Assembly: GCA_963717465.1 (NCBI GenBank)
Contig: OY970340.1
Coordinates: 1,472,001 to 1,536,000 of the forward strand
Direction: 5' to 3'
DNA length: 64,000 nt
DNA from: Candidatus Bathyarchaeota archaeon
Lineage (GTDB): Archaea > Thermoproteota > Bathyarchaeia > Bathyarchaeales > Bathycorpusculaceae
Part shown: one piece after another, positions 1 to 11,556 of the stretch
How the letters are laid out: every line of letters starts with the position of its first letter
How positions within the stretch are numbered: the first letter of the stretch is position 1
Notes under the pieces: generated by a model
The model's database searches: none
Seen by the model: the letters and a program-made list of their open reading frames with translations, nothing else
What the model was told of the DNA's origin: nothing
Made by a program: the position numbers and the translations under genes

Positions 1-1
1 G

Positions 2-100
2 GGAACATCAGTTGCTTTACCGGTGAACTGGACTAGTAAACTAGCCGATTACAACATTATTTACGTAAACAGTGGCGTTACAATTTATGCAGAAAGATAA
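2..100 (+). CDS. 3' end of a CDS entering the window (hypothetical)
   Basis: Open frame GTSVALPVNWTSKLADYNIIYVNSGVTIYAER* ends at TAA 98-100 and overlaps the ATG (87) of the next gene. Confidence 0.55.
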   Translation, partial: GTSVALPVNWTSKLADYNIIYVNSGVTIYAER

Positions 101-830
101 TTGCATCATCGAGTTAACTGATATACGCATGGACTATGGGTCAACTGAAGTTTTAAGGGGTGTAAACTTAACCGTAAAGCAGGGGGATTTTATCTCAATT
201 AGAGGGAAATCAGGTGCAGGTAAAACAAGCCTCTTCAAAATTATGGGTCTGTTGGAAGCGCCAAGCCAGGGCACAGTTAACATGTTTGGGCTAGACATAT
301 CTAAATTGAATGATAACCAAAAAACAAGTCTTAGGCTGGTAAAAATCGGCCTTGTTTTTCAATTTTTTAATCTTTTGCCTTCCCTCACCGTTACGGAAAA
401 TATCGAGTTGCCGATGGCATTGAACAAGATTGGAAAAACACAAAGGCAACAACGAGTAAGTGAACTTTTGAGTTTTTTTGCAATCTCGCAGCTTGCTAAA
501 AGATATCCTGGCAACTTGAGCGGAGGAGAAAGGCAGCGTGTTGCAATACTTCGTGCATTAGCTAATTATCCTGTAATGCTTTTGGCTGATGAGCCGACAT
601 CGAGCCTTGATGATGAAAATTCAGCCCTGCTTATCGATTTACTCCTCAAAATTAGCAAAGAGCAACGAGTTACGGTTATCTTGACTTCAACTGACTTGTA
701 TGAAAACTTGCCAACAACACGAGACTATATGCTGAAAGAAGGGAAAATTTGGGTAATGCCTAAAAAAACCTCTCCGCCCAAGTTTTCAATTTTGAAAGGT
801 CTTTATTCGCAGTTAGCGGATAATCAATAA
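87..830 (+). CDS. ABC transporter ATP-binding protein (LolD/MacB-like)
   Basis: Walker A GKSGAGKT, LSGGERQRVA signature, LLADEPT Walker B. Confidence 0.9.
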   Translation: MQKDNCIIELTDIRMDYGSTEVLRGVNLTVKQGDFISIRGKSGAGKTSLFKIMGLLEAPSQGTVNMFGLDISKLNDNQKTSLRLVKIGLVFQFFNLLPSLTVTENIELPMALNKIGKTQRQQRVSELLSFFAISQLAKRYPGNLSGGERQRVAILRALANYPVMLLADEPTSSLDDENSALLIDLLLKISKEQRVTVILTSTDLYENLPTTRDYMLKEGKIWVMPKKTSPPKFSILKGLYSQLADNQ

Positions 831-993
831 CTCAAATTGAATCAATGAAACTTAAATTGAAAAAAGTTCAAAAAATAAAACCTCAAAGCATCCTGACTTT
901 ATTGTAATTAATTCGTGGATTTTTAGAGAATTGTATCGGTGGCTATTTCCTAATCTATTCATAATCAACTATAAAATCAAGGGAGTAAAATAA

Positions 994-1695
994 ATGTCAA
1001 TTCAAACGAAATTCCAAATTCCGCAAAATGTTGTAGAATATTATAAGATTAGGTATTCAAAGCACAATGTTTGGAATTCTGACGAATACTACAGTCTCAT
1101 CGTTGACTTGTTCGGGGATGTATCGGGTAAAAGATTTCTTGATGTAGGTTTTGGATTTGGTGAAGTTCTAAAGAAAGTTTTGGAACGGGGTGGAGTGTCG
1201 TTTGGAATTGAGATTGCAAAAGGAGCTTATGATTTTGTTAGAAGAGAAATACAGGGAGCTATTGTAGAATTAGCGCCAGCAGAGAAAATACCTTTTGATA
1301 ACTCTTTGTTTGACATAGTGTTATGCAATGGTACACTTGAGCACTTTTTGGATATGAACGCTGGACTTAAAGAAATTAGGCGTGTTCTAAAAAAGGACGG
1401 CTTTTTGGTAACAGTTGTTCCGAACAAAAACTGGATCGGTAACATTTATGGAATGTTTGGTATCGCTTATGCGCATAGAAAACTGAGAAACGTATTACCT
1501 GATCAACTAATTGAAAGAGAATTTAGTTTAAGTCGTTGGTTATCCGTACTTGAACAGAATAACTTCCTGGTTTGCGGGTGGCAACCTTGGAATACGGATA
1601 TTCCTTTACCTCTCATGAAAGGTATTTCGATAAAAGCTACTTACATAAGTTCCGCTTTGTGTAATCATTTTATAATTAAGTCTTGCCCCATTTAA
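994..1695 (+). CDS. Class I SAM-dependent methyltransferase
   Basis: FLDVGFGFG motif I, IPFDNSLFDIV, EIRRVLKKDG. Confidence 0.85.
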   Translation: MSIQTKFQIPQNVVEYYKIRYSKHNVWNSDEYYSLIVDLFGDVSGKRFLDVGFGFGEVLKKVLERGGVSFGIEIAKGAYDFVRREIQGAIVELAPAEKIPFDNSLFDIVLCNGTLEHFLDMNAGLKEIRRVLKKDGFLVTVVPNKNWIGNIYGMFGIAYAHRKLRNVLPDQLIEREFSLSRWLSVLEQNNFLVCGWQPWNTDIPLPLMKGISIKATYISSALCNHFIIKSCPI

Positions 1696-1760
1696 GTACT
1701 GGTGTTGAGAAAAATGAATTATTCTCTCTTGCATGTATAGCTTTGATCATGAGACGTGAG

Positions 1761-2312
1761 TTATATTTTGATCTTAATTTCACCGTTTATTTGTTTTGGC
1801 ATTGATATGTCCCAAGTTTTTAATAGTAGGCACATTACCGCAATTCGTAGATATATTGACAAAGCCATCATCCATGACGTGATAGGTATGACTGCGAAGC
1901 CTAAGTTCATGTGGAATAGTATTGTGCTTTGTGGAATGAGCCATTTGTTGTAGTAGGCTACCAAGTTGTACGTAGGCTTGATTACGCGTTGGATTGCGCC
2001 GTAGAGTAAGTCATTCATCAGTGAGGTTATGAATCCCAGTCCTATAGTTAATCTCCAATTTCTTATGTCGAATATTGACAGAATGACGAAGGGAAGAAAA
2101 TACATGAAAGCTAGCCAGAGATGATACCCTAGTATATTGCTTCCGAGCGTATTTACATCTATATAGTTAATGAAGATTAAACCGTAGAGAATGGCGAAAA
2201 TTATTAAGAACGGCAGCTTTCCTTCAAGATTTGTTGCGAGCCTTCTATTTTCAGGCCTTGATTCTTTGAGGCTAGTTGCTTTTGCGATCGTCAAACGCAA
2301 CCGCCCAGTCAA
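1761..2312 (-). CDS. Hypothetical multi-pass membrane protein
   Basis: About four hydrophobic segments; start uncertain. Confidence 0.6.
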   Translation of the reverse strand: MTGRLRLTIAKATSLKESRPENRRLATNLEGKLPFLIIFAILYGLIFINYIDVNTLGSNILGYHLWLAFMYFLPFVILSIFDIRNWRLTIGLGFITSLMNDLLYGAIQRVIKPTYNLVAYYNKWLIPQSTILFHMNLGFAVIPITSWMMALSIYLRIAVMCLLLKTWDISMPKQINGEIKIKI

Positions 2313-2627
2313 TGGGGTCTAATTAAGTGGCCATATGTCAACTTCTGAGAATCGTAGCCATCGTAAGTTCGCGAAATCACTTTTGTTCCTTCCCCTCTTT
2401 GCAGGTCGAATTATGTAGCTCTCGTAATTTTTAAGGCATTTTACATGACGCCGCTCACTTCTTCAAGTTTACTTACGGTTGGTAATCAAAAATTAAGTTT
2501 GAAGCTCGGAGCATAACTTAGAAAAGTGTGAACATCAAAGTGAGTAGCAGACACTGCAGGCTTTGCTAAAATAATCAACTTTGTACCGTTTTTTGTTTTA
2601 TTGATTTGTGTTCAGTAAATTTTTTTT

Positions 2628-3600
2628 CTAAACTTTGTTGGTTTTGACTGATCTCGCAGTTTGTGTTATTGCTTCTTCGCTGTTGAGTGCTGGTTTCCAC
2701 CCGAAAGCTTTGATTTTGTTGACGTCTAGTAACATTGTTTTGACGTCGCCTTTCCAGCCTCGTCCGCCATCAACGCCTCCTGTTAATTTTAATTTTACGT
2801 TTTCCAACTGCATTTCTTTTACGATTATTTTTGCTATTTTTTTAACGTTAATTTTATCTTCTGATCCCAAATTGTAAATATTAACCTGTTCAGGCAACTC
2901 GTTATCCAAAACTTGGAGAAAGGCAGATATGCAGTCTTTAACGTAAAGATATGACTTGTTTTGCGTGCCATCTCCTAAAATTTCAAGTTCATTTGGGTTA
3001 TTCTGTAATTTTTTAACAAAATCAAAAATTATTCCATGGCCGCTTCGTGGGCCAACTATGTTTGCAAGCCTGAATATTATCGACTTAAATCCATAAGTGC
3101 TAGCGTAAGCGGAAATAAGCGCTTCACAAGCAAGCTTAGTTGCGCCATAAACTGATATCGGCTTTAGTGGCGCATAATCTTCTGGCGTTGGAATCTTGTC
3201 AGGTTCGCCGTAGACAACGGATGATGAGGCAAAAATGAGAGTGAGCTTGCTTTGATTCTTCCTTATGCATTCAAGTAAATTAAAGGTGGTTTGTATGTTT
3301 TGTTGAAAGTGTATTTTTGGGTTAGTTGAGCTGACTCTTACTTCAGGGTTTGCCGCCAAATGAAAAATCACATCGAATTTTCTTTCCTGCTGCAAGTTTT
3401 TATCTAAAAGGTCAAATTTCTTAAATTCAAACTTTGGGTTGCCCATCCATTTTTTAAAGTTATCCATGCTTCCGGAGCTTAGATTGTCAAGAACGCATAC
3501 CTCTTCACCATTTTCCATTAAGGCGTCAACCAAATGACTTCCTATGAAACCTGCTCCACCTGTAACTAAAATTTTTTTTGAATTTGATTTTGAATGCGTT
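2628..3600 (-). CDS. NAD-dependent epimerase/dehydratase (UDP-glucose 4-epimerase family)
   Basis: In-frame KKILVTGGAGFIGSHL lies upstream of the called start (3533); YGATK catalytic motif; true start unresolved. Confidence 0.88.
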
Positions 3601-3785
3601 TTATGACACCGCGGTTTATAATTTTACTTGCGAGACTATATTTATGTTTGATGCAATTTTCCGCATACTTAACCAAGTTCTTGGTTGTTTACACTAAAAT
3701 GGTATGATAAACATGAAAAATTATGGTAGCAATCAGGCTTGAAATAAACCGGAATTTGCTCATTTATCCTCCCAGAAGGAAAAAG

Positions 3786-4692
3786 TTAGCTAAATCCTCT
3801 ATGTAAGCCGAGCTTTTTTGCACATTTTATAACTTTTAAGTATTCGTTTGAAGTTGGTCTTCTGTTTAACTCTGGATATTCATTTGCTTTGCCGCATGGT
3901 CTGTACTGGTCCATTATGTTGACGTAGCAGTCCAATGAAACCTCTTTTGCAATAAACTCTAGCATTCTTTTGCTTCCCCCAAGGTTATTTGGCAAAACTA
4001 AATGTCTGATTAAAAGCCCTCTTCTTGCAATTCCATCAGAATCAACCTTTAAATCCCCCACTTGGCGGTGCATTTCTGTAACAGCTAGTCTTACATTTTT
4101 CGAAGTAATCTAGGGCGTTAGAATATTTTTTTGCGGGTTCGCTTTCACTGTACTTTATATCTGGCATATAAATGTCAACTATGCCATCAAGCAGTTTTAT
4201 AATCTCCACGTTTTCGTATCCACTGCAGTTCCAAACCAAAGGTAATTTCAAGCCATTCCTTGCAGCAATGGAAACTGCTGAAATAAGTTGCGGTGCAAAA
4301 TGAGTGGGTGTTACAAGGTTGATGTTGTGACAACCCATATTCTGGAGGCTAAGCATCACTTGAGCCACTTTGTTTATTGATGCTTCTTCGCCAAAGCCTA
4401 AGTGGCTGATTTCGTAATTTTGGCAGTAGAGGCATAGCAAATTACAGTTCGTCAAAAAAATTGTACCTGAACCATTTGTGCCTGAAAGCTCTGGTTCTTC
4501 GCCAAAATGTGGACCATAACTTGAAACAACTAATTCTTTGCCTGACCTGCAATATCCTTTTTCTCCGACCAATCTGTTTACTCTGCATTTTCTAGGGCAA
4601 AGCTCACATGAACTTTGTATTCTAAGGAGCTTCTTTATTTTATCGTCTAACTCTTTATTTTCTAGAAGTTTAGAGTAACATGGCTCAAACAC
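3786..4692 (-). CDS. PflX-like radical SAM protein (one frameshift near 4070-4095)
   Basis: CELCPRKC, HFGEEPEL, CNLLCLYCQN, then GLLIRHLVLP/NIMDQYRP in the second frame. Confidence 0.85.
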
Positions 4693-4917
4693 TTCAAATC
4701 GCTCTTTTATTGACCTGCACTTTTCATTTGTTAAATAAAGAAAATGCGCGGATATATTGAAATCGTTTTTGCTCCCGCAAAATTTGAGCGTTTTGTAACG
4801 CTGTGAAGTTTTGTGACAAAATAGGTCTGCTTATTTTGGCCTCTTCAAGCTCATTTAATTCATTTTTGTTTTAGCCTGAAATTTTAACTAGTTTAGTGCA
4901 GAAAACATATCAATACG

Positions 4918-6285
4918 TTGCAATTATCATCAATATACAAAATGACCCTATCATTTAGCTTGCCGAAAAGCACTCATGCTTCAGAAAATTGGCTTCAAGA
5001 TATCCTAAAATGCAGCGGAAACATTGCCGCCGTGGAAACTCAAATAACTGCTCATGCTAGGCAAGATAGCCTTTGTGTAATCTGCAAGGGTTCAAGGTTT
5101 CTCTGTGGTAAAACGCGTTGCCCAATAATGGTTAAAGCTAACTATTTCTTAAAGAGCGTGCCATTACTATCAAGCGAAGATATCGCGGGAATGTCTCCTC
5201 CAAGCGTTTTTATTGGAAGAATCGGGTATCCAAATGTTTACGCTGGTCCGCTTGTTCCTCCTGTGCATGAAAACACAAGCCTTTATGATATGCCTGAAAG
5301 ATGGTTTGGGAAGTCGATTGATGAAATTGTAGGTTTTCGCTCATTACTAGTGCGCGGTAAACATCGTGTACATGTTCAAAATCTGTTGTCTTCAGGCAAG
5401 ATTCTTGATCAAACACGTGAATTGGCTCTTGCAGAGAATAGTGTTGACATCGAATTGAACCTTACAAAAAAGCCCAGAGGATCCATTTTTATGGATGATA
5501 ATGTTCAACCTTTTGGTCCTTCAGCGCCAATACGAGATTTACACGTAGCCAATGCACGGTTTGACCAGCACGTGGAGAAAGCGTACTATGATTCTGATTT
5601 GCGGGCTGCTAACGCTGTTCTGGAACTTTACGGTCGCGGAGTAATTGTAAGCAAAATTCAAAAAGCTTTCAGTGTCGGGGCTTTTGGAATTGAGAAGAAG
5701 AGACGTTTAGTGCCGACACGCTGGAGCATAACAGCCGTAGATGACATTATTTCGAAGAGTCTTAGGGAAAAAGTGAAAACTTACCCGGAAATAAACGAGT
5801 ATAGAGTTTATGAATCAATCTATATGGATAATGTTTTTGAAATCTTGATGATCCCCCGACAATGGAGCTATGAATCAATGGAGGCATGGTATCCAGGAAC
5901 CGTTTGGAACCCAAATGGAAAAAACATTGCTATATTTTCAGATTGGGAGGGAAATAATGGACGGACAACTTACGCTGAGATTGGCGGATGCTATTACTCG
6001 GCAAGGCTTGCTACTTGTGAACAGCTTGTTAAAGAACGCCGCCAAGCTACAGTTATTGTGCTGCGGGAAGCAAGACCTGGCTACATTATGCCGATAGGCG
6101 TATGGCAGGTGCGTGAAAACGTGCGGAATGCGATGAGGCAAAAACCCTTTTTGTTCAAGAGTCTTGCCGAATCCTTGCAGTTTATAAGCGGCAGGTTTGA
6201 GATTCCCATTCAAAGGTGGATAATGCAGAGCGAATTGTTGAAGAAAGCTCTATTTCAAAAAAGAATATCGGATTATTGGCAATAA
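4918..6285 (+). CDS. nreA: Archaeal DNA repair protein NreA
   Basis: CxxCKGxxxLCG..CP, SPPSVFIG, RRLVPTRWSITAVD, C-terminal PIP-like QKRISDYW. Confidence 0.88.
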   Translation: MQLSSIYKMTLSFSLPKSTHASENWLQDILKCSGNIAAVETQITAHARQDSLCVICKGSRFLCGKTRCPIMVKANYFLKSVPLLSSEDIAGMSPPSVFIGRIGYPNVYAGPLVPPVHENTSLYDMPERWFGKSIDEIVGFRSLLVRGKHRVHVQNLLSSGKILDQTRELALAENSVDIELNLTKKPRGSIFMDDNVQPFGPSAPIRDLHVANARFDQHVEKAYYDSDLRAANAVLELYGRGVIVSKIQKAFSVGAFGIEKKRRLVPTRWSITAVDDIISKSLREKVKTYPEINEYRVYESIYMDNVFEILMIPRQWSYESMEAWYPGTVWNPNGKNIAIFSDWEGNNGRTTYAEIGGCYYSARLATCEQLVKERRQATVIVLREARPGYIMPIGVWQVRENVRNAMRQKPFLFKSLAESLQFISGRFEIPIQRWIMQSELLKKALFQKRISDYWQ

Positions 6286-6530
6286 ATCTTAGGATATCAA
6301 TGTTCTTTAAAACGGGAAGGTACAACCTTTACAGTTACTCTGCCGAAGAAAAAATGGTGATTGTAAATTTATTCCAACTTTTTACTTATTTTTTTGTTTT
6401 CTCTTCTCTTTTTTGCTCTCTAATTATTCGTTCTTTTCCCTGAAAAATCAATTTTAATAGTTATATTATCTATGCTTATAGTTGCAATATGCCTTCTGCA
6501 ATGCCTATTATTGAAAAAGTTGATTGTTGC

Positions 6531-9113
6531 CTATCTTGACTGTTTGGTTTTTCTTGGTGCGTAGATTTGTTCTAGGCGGTAGGCGTATCGTTTGTTGAAC
6601 CATTTTTTGACGACCTCCACTAGGAACAGGTAGGTAGGGATTAGCGTTGCAAGGGCTATGTAGAACGCTGCTGGGGGTGGCGAAAACTTGAACAATACGC
6701 CAAGCGGCGTATATGGTATTATGAATGCGGCTGCTACAACGGCTAAGCTGCTTATCAGTAAGTATTTGCCGGGTTTGCTCTTGTAAAACGGTGTTTTTCT
6801 GGTTCTTAAAATGAAAACTACAAGCGTTTGTGTAGAAAGGGATTCTATGAACCATGCGGTTTGGAAAGTGGGAACTGTCGCTTTAAACACTACTAGCATC
6901 AGGAAGAAAGTTAAAAAGTCAAATATGGAACTTACTGGCCCCATAATTATCATGAATCTTCTTATGTACGAAATATCTAGTTTCTTGGGTTTTTCAATGT
7001 ACTCCTCGTCCACGTTGTCTGTTGGTATTGTTGCTTCAGAAAGATCGTACAAGAGGTTGTTTAATAAAATTTGAGTAGCTGTCATGGGTAGAAAGCTTAG
7101 AAACAGTGATGCTCCGGCTACGCTGAACATTGTGCCAAAGTTTGAGCTGACGCCCATCATGATGTACTTCATTGTATTTCCGAAGGTTTTTCTGCCTTCC
7201 AGAACTCCTTGGTCAAGAACTGTCAAGTCAGGCTGCATAAGTATGAGGTCAGCGGATTCTTTGGCGACGTCAACCGCATTCTCCACTGACAAGCTTACGT
7301 CTGCTGCTTTCAGTGAGGGTGCATCGTTGATTCCATCTCCCATATACCCTACCACGTGTCCGTTAGTTCTTAAGGCGTTGATGACTCTGTTTTTCTGCGA
7401 CGGGTTGACGCGGGCAAAAATGTTGTTGTCCTCAACAACCTGAGCCAAAGCATCGTCTTGGAGCAAAGCAATTTCGTTTCCAGTGATAACTCCTTTTATG
7501 TTAAAGCCCAGTTTCTCACAAGTTGTTTTTGTAACAAGCTCGTTATCGCCAGTGACGACTTTGAGTTCCACGCCGTCTCTAGCCAGCAAACGGATAGATT
7601 CCTTTGCACTTTCTTTAGGCGGATCCAGAAAAGACAGGAATCCAAGAAAAATCATTTCTTTTTCGTCGTCAATTGTGTAATGAGTTTTGTCGTCTTTGGC
7701 TCTCTTGTACGCGACCGCTAAGACTCTGTATCCCTGAGCGCTGAGAGCAGTGTATTTCTGATCAAAGTTGCTTTGGCAAACATTTGTCAAATCAGTTAGG
7801 TTTTCATCAACTTCACAGTAGGCGCAGATTTTTATTATTTCTTCTGGGGCGCCTTTAGAGATTAACAGTCTTTGCCCTTCGTGCTCGACTACTACTGAAA
7901 CGCGTCTTCGGATAAAGTCAAAGGGTATTTCGTCAATTTTACTGATACCCGACGCATCAAACTTCTTATATTGAACCATTGCATCATCCAATGGGCTTTT
8001 TAATCCTGCCTCAAAAATGCTGTTAAAATACGCGTACATCAGCACTTTCGATGCTTCTTTTCCTTCTAGATCCTCGTACCCGCTTAGTGTAAGCTTGTTC
8101 TCAGTAAGCGTGCCAGTTTTATCAGTGCATAAAACGTCCATGTTGCCAAAGTTCTGAATTGAAGCAAGCCGTTTCACAATAACCCCCTTTTTAGACATCG
8201 CCACGGCGCCTCTGGATAAATTAATGGACATTATCATGGGCAAAAGTTCAGGCGTCAAACCTACCGCAAGAGCCACAGAGAAAAGAAGCGAGTCTAAAAT
8301 GCTACGGGAACCAGCATAGAAAAACACGTTTACAAAAAAGACGAAAACTACTAGAAAAAGTGTGACCTCAGTCAATAAAGCTCCGAATCGTCTAAGTCCC
8401 TTCTCAAACTCGGTTTCAGGTGCCTTAGTTACGAGGTCTTTGGCGATTTTTCCGTACTCAGTGGTGCTTCCGGTCTTCACTACGACTGCGGTTCCAGTTC
8501 CGCTGATCACGGAGGTTCCCATGAAAATATAGTTGTTCCAGCCTGTCAGCTCAGACGTAACGGTTGTAAGCGGAGCTGCGTTTTTTTCAACTGGAAATGC
8601 TTCGCCAGTCAATGCTGACTGATTAAGGTTTAAGTCTTTAGTGTTGATTAATCTCGAATCCGCGGGGACAAGGTCTCCTGCTGAAAGATACAGTATGTCG
8701 CCTGGAACTATTTCTGACAGCTTCACTTCTTGTTTTACACCGTTTCTAAGGGTTGTTGCTTTTGTGGATACTCTTTCTTGAAGAGCTTCAGCGGCGTTCT
8801 GAGCTTTAGTTTCTTGATAAACATCAAGAATGATGCTGAGAAGTACAATCACAAAAATTATAATTGCGTCTGGTAGGTCTCCTACAAATCCAGCGATTAA
8901 GCCTGCAATCAGAAGGATAAGTACAAGTGGATTTCTCAGGTGATAAAGGACCTCAATAAGTCCTGTGCGTTTCTGCTTCTTTGCAAGCTCGTTTGGTCCG
9001 TAGGTGTCAAGGCGGCTTTGAACTTCACTTATGGAAAGCCCAGACTTTGACGTATTTAGTTGAGCTAAAACGTCGTCAACAGACTTAACCAAAATCTCTT
9101 GGTTATCCGCCAT
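6531..9113 (-). CDS. mgtA: Magnesium-translocating P-type ATPase
   Basis: LTGE, VGLTPELLP, DKTGTLT, PFDFIRRR, GDGINDAP, NNLLYD. Confidence 0.92.
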   Translation of the reverse strand: MADNQEILVKSVDDVLAQLNTSKSGLSISEVQSRLDTYGPNELAKKQKRTGLIEVLYHLRNPLVLILLIAGLIAGFVGDLPDAIIIFVIVLLSIILDVYQETKAQNAAEALQERVSTKATTLRNGVKQEVKLSEIVPGDILYLSAGDLVPADSRLINTKDLNLNQSALTGEAFPVEKNAAPLTTVTSELTGWNNYIFMGTSVISGTGTAVVVKTGSTTEYGKIAKDLVTKAPETEFEKGLRRFGALLTEVTLFLVVFVFFVNVFFYAGSRSILDSLLFSVALAVGLTPELLPMIMSINLSRGAVAMSKKGVIVKRLASIQNFGNMDVLCTDKTGTLTENKLTLSGYEDLEGKEASKVLMYAYFNSIFEAGLKSPLDDAMVQYKKFDASGISKIDEIPFDFIRRRVSVVVEHEGQRLLISKGAPEEIIKICAYCEVDENLTDLTNVCQSNFDQKYTALSAQGYRVLAVAYKRAKDDKTHYTIDDEKEMIFLGFLSFLDPPKESAKESIRLLARDGVELKVVTGDNELVTKTTCEKLGFNIKGVITGNEIALLQDDALAQVVEDNNIFARVNPSQKNRVINALRTNGHVVGYMGDGINDAPSLKAADVSLSVENAVDVAKESADLILMQPDLTVLDQGVLEGRKTFGNTMKYIMMGVSSNFGTMFSVAGASLFLSFLPMTATQILLNNLLYDLSEATIPTDNVDEEYIEKPKKLDISYIRRFMIIMGPVSSIFDFLTFFLMLVVFKATVPTFQTAWFIESLSTQTLVVFILRTRKTPFYKSKPGKYLLISSLAVVAAAFIIPYTPLGVLFKFSPPPAAFYIALATLIPTYLFLVEVVKKWFNKRYAYRLEQIYAPRKTKQSR

Positions 9114-9395
9114 GAAATCAGCAACCGAAGAATAGTTGTTAAAAGCATAGTTTACAGCTGCGCCTATTAAACAATACCATACCCTAGAGATACATATATT
9201 TCACTTTAAACCCAGAATTCAAAAATTTTAAAAGTGCTAGAGGTGAGATGCTTTGTCTAAGATGACCGATAACTTAACCCTATTAATTTATTAGCTAAGT
9301 AACAATAATGCTTAGAACTCTGACTTTGCGTTACTTAATGTGTTGCTTAACCGAGTATATTAGTCACTTTTTATGTGATATAGCACTTTTTCGAG

Positions 9396-10040
9396 TTAAC
9401 ACTCTGCTAATAAAGCTGAAATTAGTCGTTTCTCCGCTTTTTCCCTATGCCTTACTACTGTTGCACCACGAATGTGTAACTTTTCGGCTATCTCATCAGT
9501 GTTCGTCTTTTTGGGGATATCATAGTAGCCAAGCTTGTAAGCGGTTATCAGGACTTTCTGCTGTTTTTCTGTTAGCAGACTAAGTGGTGAATTAGGCGAG
9601 AACTTGGCATCAGAGATTGAGACTATTTTGTATTGAAAGCCTGACTTGCCCAATAGTTGAAGTAGTTGCTTAATCTGTTGTGGAGTTCCAAGAAAACTTG
9701 CTTTGATTCTTCCGTCTTTTATTTCGAGAGGCAAGGAGAAATAACTTCCAGTTGCGAAGAAATTTGAGGCAAGAGCATTAGGATTGGTTCTTAGGAAGTA
9801 GACCTTTGACTCATTTTTTTCATTTTCAAGAAGCTGAACAATTGCCGATTCGTTGACAAAGCACTTATCAAAAGACAATGAGGCGTTTTTCATTTTTACC
9901 CTGCACACTATTGACCATTCATTTGATTCCTCTCTTAGAATGCTAATTATCTCGAACAATTCCAATTCTCGAATTATAGAATCAGTACCTAAGAATCTAC
10001 CGACTTCGTCAATACCTGATTCAATAGTTACTCTTCGCAT
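9396..10040 (-). CDS. HTH-10 (Bat-type HTH) transcriptional regulator
   Basis: LTEKQ..AYKLGYYDIPK..H..KAE C-terminal motif; paralog of 20937-21590. Confidence 0.85.
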   Translation of the reverse strand: MRRVTIESGIDEVGRFLGTDSIIRELELFEIISILREESNEWSIVCRVKMKNASLSFDKCFVNESAIVQLLENEKNESKVYFLRTNPNALASNFFATGSYFSLPLEIKDGRIKASFLGTPQQIKQLLQLLGKSGFQYKIVSISDAKFSPNSPLSLLTEKQQKVLITAYKLGYYDIPKKTNTDEIAEKLHIRGATVVRHREKAEKRLISALLAEC

Positions 10041-10043
10041 AAT

Positions 10044-10061
10044 AGGCTAGTATAATAGCCT
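10044..10061. promoter_or_regulatory. Inverted repeat AGGCTA-N6-TAGCCT in a divergent promoter
   Basis: Perfect 6-bp arms between the regulator and the membrane-protein gene. Confidence 0.4.
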
Positions 10062-10098
10062 TAACTTTAATCTGGCGCTTGGAAAATAACAGTTTACT

Positions 10099-10491
10099 AT
10101 GGCAACGCAAAAGAGAAAGCAGTTAAGACCAAAAGGTATCATAATAGCTTCAGTTCTTATGGTCATTTTCGGGATTGCTGAGATTTATGCTGGTTTCAGC
10201 CACAGTTTCTTTGGAATCACGACATCTCAAAGCATCTTGTTTACAGTCTCAGGTACAGCTATTGGTGTTTTTTATTTGGTAGCTGGATTGCTTACTTTGA
10301 CCATGAAGAAATTGGGTGCAATATTAGCAATTGCATTACTTGTTGCAGACATTTTTGGAAGAATTATTCTTGTTATCGCAGGACTCTATCCGATTAATAC
10401 TTATGAAAACACGTTTAGTATAGTTGCTGGAACAGTTATCGCAGGGTTATTTGCCATCTATATCGGATTGAAGTGGAAATCATTTAATTGA
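10099..10491 (+). CDS. Small 4-TM membrane protein
   Basis: RPKGI followed by four hydrophobic helices. Confidence 0.75.
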   Translation: MATQKRKQLRPKGIIIASVLMVIFGIAEIYAGFSHSFFGITTSQSILFTVSGTAIGVFYLVAGLLTLTMKKLGAILAIALLVADIFGRIILVIAGLYPINTYENTFSIVAGTVIAGLFAIYIGLKWKSFN

Positions 10492-10713
10492 TTAATTGCG
10501 TAGAAGTTTGAGTTTACCGAATGTGTTCACTTTTTTGTGAGAGTATTATGTTAATGTCTTAGTGTTAAATGGAAAATGATATAGTTTCTTCAGCATTAAC
10601 TACTTGGGAATTAGACTGTATCACTTCTGTCTCAGTCAGTTGTATTTGTGGAATTTTCAAGTCATAGTTCCTTTTACAAAATATGTTGAACGCACGCTTC
10701 TATTTTGTCCTGT

Positions 10714-11166
10714 TCATTTCTTGTTAAGGTAATTGTTTAATGCTTTGAATGATTTCTGCCACATATCTGAATGCTCTTTTTTAATGTTCACGAACAGAGA
10801 ATAAAGAGATATTACTAGGCTATTGGTTCTGGTGTTAAATCGAATTTGCACTTTCGTCTTTCCATTCATTGGCTTAAAGGTGTATTCCGAAGTTCCAATA
10901 ATATCGCCTGCATACTCCACTTTTATTGACTTGGTTTCCACAATCTTTGTGATTTTGCCAGAAAGCTTGGAGGTTACACCTTTTTTATGGATAGCTAAGT
11001 CAAAAATTGCGCCCTCATGATTGAGAGGGACATCCCCCTTTAACTTGAATTCATAACAAGGCATAAACAAATGTGTTATCCCTGCGAATTCGTTCAAAAG
11101 AGCCTTGTAAACAACCATAGGTGGGGCATCAATAACGACTTCATCAGTAACATCAATTTTTGGTAT
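10714..11166 (-). CDS. SRPBCC/START-fold protein
   Basis: N-terminal IDVTDEVVIDAPPMVVYKAL pattern and C-terminal helix; frame extends to an ATA at 11166 preceded by GGAGGT. Confidence 0.7.
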   Translation of the reverse strand: MPKIDVTDEVVIDAPPMVVYKALLNEFAGITHLFMPCYEFKLKGDVPLNHEGAIFDLAIHKKGVTSKLSGKITKIVETKSIKVEYAGDIIGTSEYTFKPMNGKTKVQIRFNTRTNSLVISLYSLFVNIKKEHSDMWQKSFKALNNYLNKK

Positions 11167-11556
11167 AATACTTTACCTCCGTAACGCATGTGTTCACGAA
11201 ACTGATTAATTTAATGAAAAGATATCAGATTTATTTCTTGTTAGCGTTAGCACGCGCAAAAAACATTTACGGTGATATAGGGCAAGACCTGAGAAAAGAA
11301 TCAATCAGTAAACAAGATGAATGGTAACTATAGGTTAGGTTTTAACTGTTAATGTGTTGGAGAGCTAGGGGTTTAGCATTTGTTTTTCTACATTAAAACA
11401 AAAAATTAAAAACCAATTGTTGCTTTTTCTTTCAGAAAATTTTGGGAAACAAGGTTTGTCTTTTTTTAATGCTGGAGTTAACATTTGGACTTTTGACATT
11501 TTATAATGATTAAGATAAAAATAGGTGGAGATGAAACGTTCGCTTTGTTATAGTGA

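Noticed and set aside
6811..7721. Antisense ORFs over mgtA, and similar ones over hdrA, mrr, the kinase and MFS genes
   Set aside because: Shadow frames of well-supported genes with no motifs.
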